A DNA stretch of 64,000 nucleotides from Proteromonas lacertae (taxonomy: Eukaryota), in NCBI GenBank assembly GCA_002245135.1, contig NGBS01000034.1, positions 1 through 64,000 on the forward strand, in the 5' to 3' direction. The notes beneath the pieces are model-generated. The model saw only the letters and a program-made list of their open reading frames with translations. It was not told the origin of the DNA and did no database searches. Positions 59,948-64,000 of this stretch are shown here, piece after piece. Each line of letters opens with the position of its first letter. The first letter of the stretch is position 1. A program made the translations under genes and the position numbers.

Positions 59948-60775
59948 CTAAAAAGGTTCTGTAACACCTGTATCCATCCACTCTGTTATAATAACTTGAG
60001 GTGGGAATGCTTGATATGAATATGCATCAAGACCTTTTTGCTCTATATAAAGATTACATTTATTATTATTATTTCTTAATATAGGCCAAAAACCATCATA
60101 TTTATTTAATGCAGATTCTTTTGTTTGATTTATTACACCTTGTATAGGGAAGTATATTCCATTACTTCCATCTACAAAGTATGTTTCTAATAATTTGTTA
60201 TAATATTGTTGTAATAAATCTTCTTTACCTGGTTCAGCTTTAATAACATGATGATCATCTAGATAAAATATAAATCCATATCTAGCATCTTCATTTCTCA
60301 AAACAATACCATCATATATTTTGATTCTCATAAAATGCTCAAACATTTGAATTTTTATAGGTACTTTTACAGTAGATTCATATTGATTGATGGAACCATC
60401 TTGTAATATATAGAAATTAACTGACCAATATGTATATTCAATATGCAATAATTTAGGTGATACAGAATTATTAACTATTGTAGTACTACCTCCAGAACTA
60501 TTATTTACAACATTATATATTTCTTGACATTTACCATATATAGTATTTGTAGTAGTTTTGATATCATAAACAGGTGTAACTATAATATTTATTTGAGTAT
60601 CAGTATGATTATTAATAGGTTTAACAATAGTATCAGGATCAGTAAGTTGTATATTTATTTTGTCAGCTATATCTTTAGCAAGCTTATCTGTATCAATATT
60701 TATATTATTTCGTTCCCCAATAAACATTTTTTGTATTAATAAACAATAAAATAATAAAATTAATAAAAACATCAA
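59948..60775 (-). CDS. Viral hypothetical protein, possibly fibre/receptor-binding-like
   Basis: Directly downstream of the ATPase; heptad-like N-terminal stalk, SSGGS linker and beta-rich C-terminal domain; paralog at 46191-46933. Confidence 0.55.
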   Translation of the reverse strand: MMFLLILLFYCLLIQKMFIGERNNINIDTDKLAKDIADKINIQLTDPDTIVKPINNHTDTQINIIVTPVYDIKTTTNTIYGKCQEIYNVVNNSSGGSTTIVNNSVSPKLLHIEYTYWSVNFYILQDGSINQYESTVKVPIKIQMFEHFMRIKIYDGIVLRNEDARYGFIFYLDDHHVIKAEPGKEDLLQQYYNKLLETYFVDGSNGIYFPIQGVINQTKESALNKYDGFWPILRNNNNKCNLYIEQKGLDAYSYQAFPPQVIITEWMDTGVTEPF

Positions 60776-61533
60776 GAAACTTCAGAATGATCTTCAATCA
60801 AAATATTGAAGTTAGCTCTAAACACTTTTTTAACATTATCAATATATAAGAAGTTATATTGTGGCTTAGTAACAGCTAAATATAACTCTTTAAATGTTTC
60901 ATATTCAGGTATCCATATATTCAATGAGTTGTATAAGTCAAACAAATTTCTGTTACTCAATCCATAAAATGTTAAACAATAATCTACTTGTGATCTTGCT
61001 GAAGGTACTATATCAGTAATATATTGACTACTAATTATAATTTTTGATTTTAAATGTCTATTTTCTTTCATTAATACTGGTATGATATTAGCTGTTTTCA
61101 ACTCTAAACTAAGATCATCAAATATTATAATATGTTCTGCATACTCATAATTATCTTTGTTTGTATCATCAATTGATTTCATTAACTTCTCTACCAAATT
61201 ATCTCCTGAGTAAGGTTCAAATAATGAATCATTTTCATCATAACTAATTTCATTATAATCTAATAACTCTTTAATTGAATCATATATCCTATCTTGTTTA
61301 ATTGTGCCTACGAAAAAATGTACATGTTGTTTTTTCTTATATTTTGGATCTATAATATGTCTTAATATATTGTATATCAAAGTTGTTTTCCCACTGTTCT
61401 TACGAGCCACAATAAAAATATTGCAGAAAGGCTCATTAAAGTAATCATATCCCAGAATTTTCCTAGGATCAAATGACTCACCACCATCAACAGGTTCAAT
61501 TTGTATGTTATTTATTTTTTCAAATTTAAACAT
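60772..61533 (-). CDS. A32/FtsK-HerA-like DNA packaging ATPase
   Basis: ARKNSGKTT, IIIFDD, NRHLK, SSQY, YNFLYID. Confidence 0.92.
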   Translation of the reverse strand: MFKFEKINNIQIEPVDGGESFDPRKILGYDYFNEPFCNIFIVARKNSGKTTLIYNILRHIIDPKYKKKQHVHFFVGTIKQDRIYDSIKELLDYNEISYDENDSLFEPYSGDNLVEKLMKSIDDTNKDNYEYAEHIIIFDDLSLELKTANIIPVLMKENRHLKSKIIISSQYITDIVPSARSQVDYCLTFYGLSNRNLFDLYNSLNIWIPEYETFKELYLAVTKPQYNFLYIDNVKKVFRANFNILIEDHSEVS

Positions 61534-61605
61534 AGTGTGTGTATATATATTATGTAGTGAGAAATCAAAAAATAAAAATAGAAGTCAATAATAAAGTATT
61601 AATAC

Positions 61606-63023
61606 TTATACTACTTTTTCAACACCCCTTGGTCCAATAATCAATTGTTTACCAGTAATTATGTAGAACTTATGATGAATTGTATATGCATTATAATTAG
61701 CATCAAATCGTTGATTTGAGCAATCCAAAGTAATTTTTAAATCACTTGCTAAGTCTTTACCAGCTCTTAATTTTAATTCAGTTAATCGATCAGTACTGAA
61801 ATTTAGAACATCAAAAAATGTATTGGGAAATGATAATGTACTACATTTATCATATAATGTATTTTGAATAATATTTCTCATATATTCCCATGTCTGATAT
61901 TTTGCAGGATATAAATAATCAGGAGTATAGACAAAATCATTAATTTGCCATCTAATTCTATCTTCTTCTTTATCAAAAGGAACTATAGTTCTTATATAAG
62001 CATCATTTATGTATGCTCTGTATAATATAAACTTAACATAACTTCCAATGCTGCTATTAATACTGAAGTTATAGTTAAAAGTATTGCTACCTGGAATAGG
62101 GTCTTTAGTGATTTGAACTATGTTAAAATCAGTAAAGTCAATAGGATGATGAGTTGAATAATTAATGGTATTAGCATTACATGTTGGATCTTTATTGTAA
62201 CAAATGTAAAGTCTAGGGTTAATAATTTTCATTCCTACATATTGTTGCCATGAATAAATCCAAGAAGAACCATTGCTATGATGAATCCAATTCATTATAG
62301 GAGCAAATGTGAATTGAATATAAATGACTTCACCAAAATAAATATCATTCTTCAAAGCTAATATAGTATTATAGAAATCTGCAAAATGAAATCTACAGTA
62401 TAGTTTTCCATGTAATATATCTTCTGTTGTTCCCATTTCTTCCCAATAATTCCAAACACCTCCAGCTGCTTTTAAAGTAGAATTAGAATCACATATAGTT
62501 GTTTCAAGAATTTTATTATTTTTAATTGTTAAGCCATCAAATAAATATTCATAATAATTTTTATCTTTTATACCATAAGGATACTGATTGGCAATTTGAT
62601 GAGTTAATCTCGATATTCACTATAACTACTATCTAAATCACATAGAAGTGTTCCAGTTTTATTGTATACTTTGATAGTTCCAAAATTCATTGAATTCTTT
62701 ATATTTAAATAATCTAATGTTTTACCTGATTTAGAATCAGTTATTGGTGCAATAGGTAATTTCCAATTACCTGAATCTGCAGCAGCATGATCTCTTTTTT
62801 GACCTGTAGTATAATCTAATAAAAATTCAAAGTAACTTTTTGATAGATTAACACAATTATCACCAGATATTTCAAATGTAATAGCATCACTGTTTGAATT
62901 TAAAGATAAAACAGTCTAATTTCTGCTTTGGTTAGGTGTAACTAAAATATGATTGTAGACAGGTATATAAGCTGGCACAATGCTTTCATGTTTTTGTGAA
63001 TTAGGTACAGCAGTGATTGACAT
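61606..63023 (-). pseudogene. Putative major capsid protein, 5' half disrupted
   Basis: Starts MSITAVPNSQKH; FEISGDNCVNLSKSYFEF; C-terminal ORF 61606-62436 aligns with MCP 1 (INDFVYxPDY, DLKIT, HxFYIITG). Confidence 0.8.
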
Positions 63024-63077
63024 ATTTTATGTTATTTTTTAAAAATCAAAAAATGCTTAAAAATAGCAAGAAATTTA

Positions 63078-64000
63078 TTAATACAAAATAATCTCAAAAT
63101 AAATAGGTAAGTTCTTTAAATCAATTGCATAACCATCTTGTTGAGAGACTGATATATTCATTCGTTGATATTCGTGATATTGCATCTTTTTAGCTGTCCA
63201 TTCAATTTGTGGATTAGTGAATGTAGTATAAGTTGCATTTATATCAGTTACAGGTATATTTGCTAAAACCATTGAATTCTCACCACTATTAACCCAGTCA
63301 CATCTAATTTGTATGAATGACACCCATAGTAAAGAAGGCTGATTTGGTAACAATTTGTAATAATTATTAAAATCTTTACTGAAATATGCATCACTTAAAT
63401 GATTTGCATGATAAATTGATATACTTTTATTTATTTCATCTAAGCCAAATAACTTATATGCTAAGTTATGGAATTCTATAGTAAAGTCTGTAAAGTAATA
63501 TTTTCCGAAATGAGTAATATAATTAAATTGTAACTTTAATCTATTTTCTGAAGTTTTTTCAAATTGAAGTACATCTGTTAGATCATCTACTTTACGAAAT
63601 GTAAATCTATTTGCAAAATCTTCATCTGGTAATGGTACTACTACATTATCAAATGCATAAAAAGTAAAATCTAAGAGATTTCTAGCAAAAAAATCTAATA
63701 ATTCTTTTCCTGTATATTTTCTTTGAGGTATTTTAATATCAATAGTTTTATTATAAGGTCCATTTTGGTTTTCAGGGTATGCCCATTTTGCTGGATCTGT
63801 TTCATCTGGATTAATGCAGCTATAATAAGTAAAATTAAAGAGTATATGATCATTTACTTAATCTTGTATTGTATAGAAGTTATTTGGAATAACTGCAGTA
63901 ATTAAACTCATATATTGATATTTTTCAGTAATAGTTGGAGTATTAATACATCTTGTCCATCTATTGGAAAATTTTGGATCAAAGTCTGATGTAGTTAAGA
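63078..64000 (-). pseudogene. Putative minor capsid protein (penton), frameshifted; start lies outside the window
   Basis: SLITAVIPNNF, PSLLWV, LANIPV and SQQDGYAIDLKN match penton 31397-32356. Confidence 0.8.

Larger units (their letters stand above)
54613..64000. mobile_element. Endogenous Polinton-like/virophage-like virus 2 (rearranged; continues past the window end)
   Basis: Protease remnant, pPolB remnant, ATPase, MCP and penton, with the same structural gene order as element 1. Confidence 0.85.

Noticed and set aside
1..64000. rRNA, tRNA or prokaryotic operon signals
   Set aside because: None recognisable; the content is eukaryotic and viral

Overview
This is very AT-rich eukaryotic DNA, probably from a flagellated protist (inferred from a HYDIN fragment, type II membrane glycosyltransferases and GTAAGT donor sites). 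It has no housekeeping genes and is a mosaic of four components. (1) Glycan-modification genes (GT61, GT-B-like, GT15-like, HtrL/YibB-like, GT92, DUF3431, fucosyltransferase, two GT31, GT10, FkbM). Most sit in two cassettes, each bracketed by inverted repeats made of a transposon plus 145-204 bp of unique inner flank. (2) Two decayed endogenous Polinton-like/virophage-like viruses, each with penton-MCP-packaging ATPase; together they also show adenain-like proteases, an rve integrase, protein-primed PolB remnants and an adenovirus pVI-like peptide. (3) Ginger-like transposons (H2C2-rve integrase plus Ulp1-like protease), including a family of TGT...ACA foldback MITEs and a derivative carrying ~4.7 kb of HYDIN in place of the integrase. 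(4) A GC-richer ~5 kb TIR element with no transposase, carrying virus-like cargo (class II RNR tail, HAD phosphatase, C4 zinc fingers). Family calls come from motif recognition only; no searches were run. Some frameshifts may be homopolymer sequencing errors.
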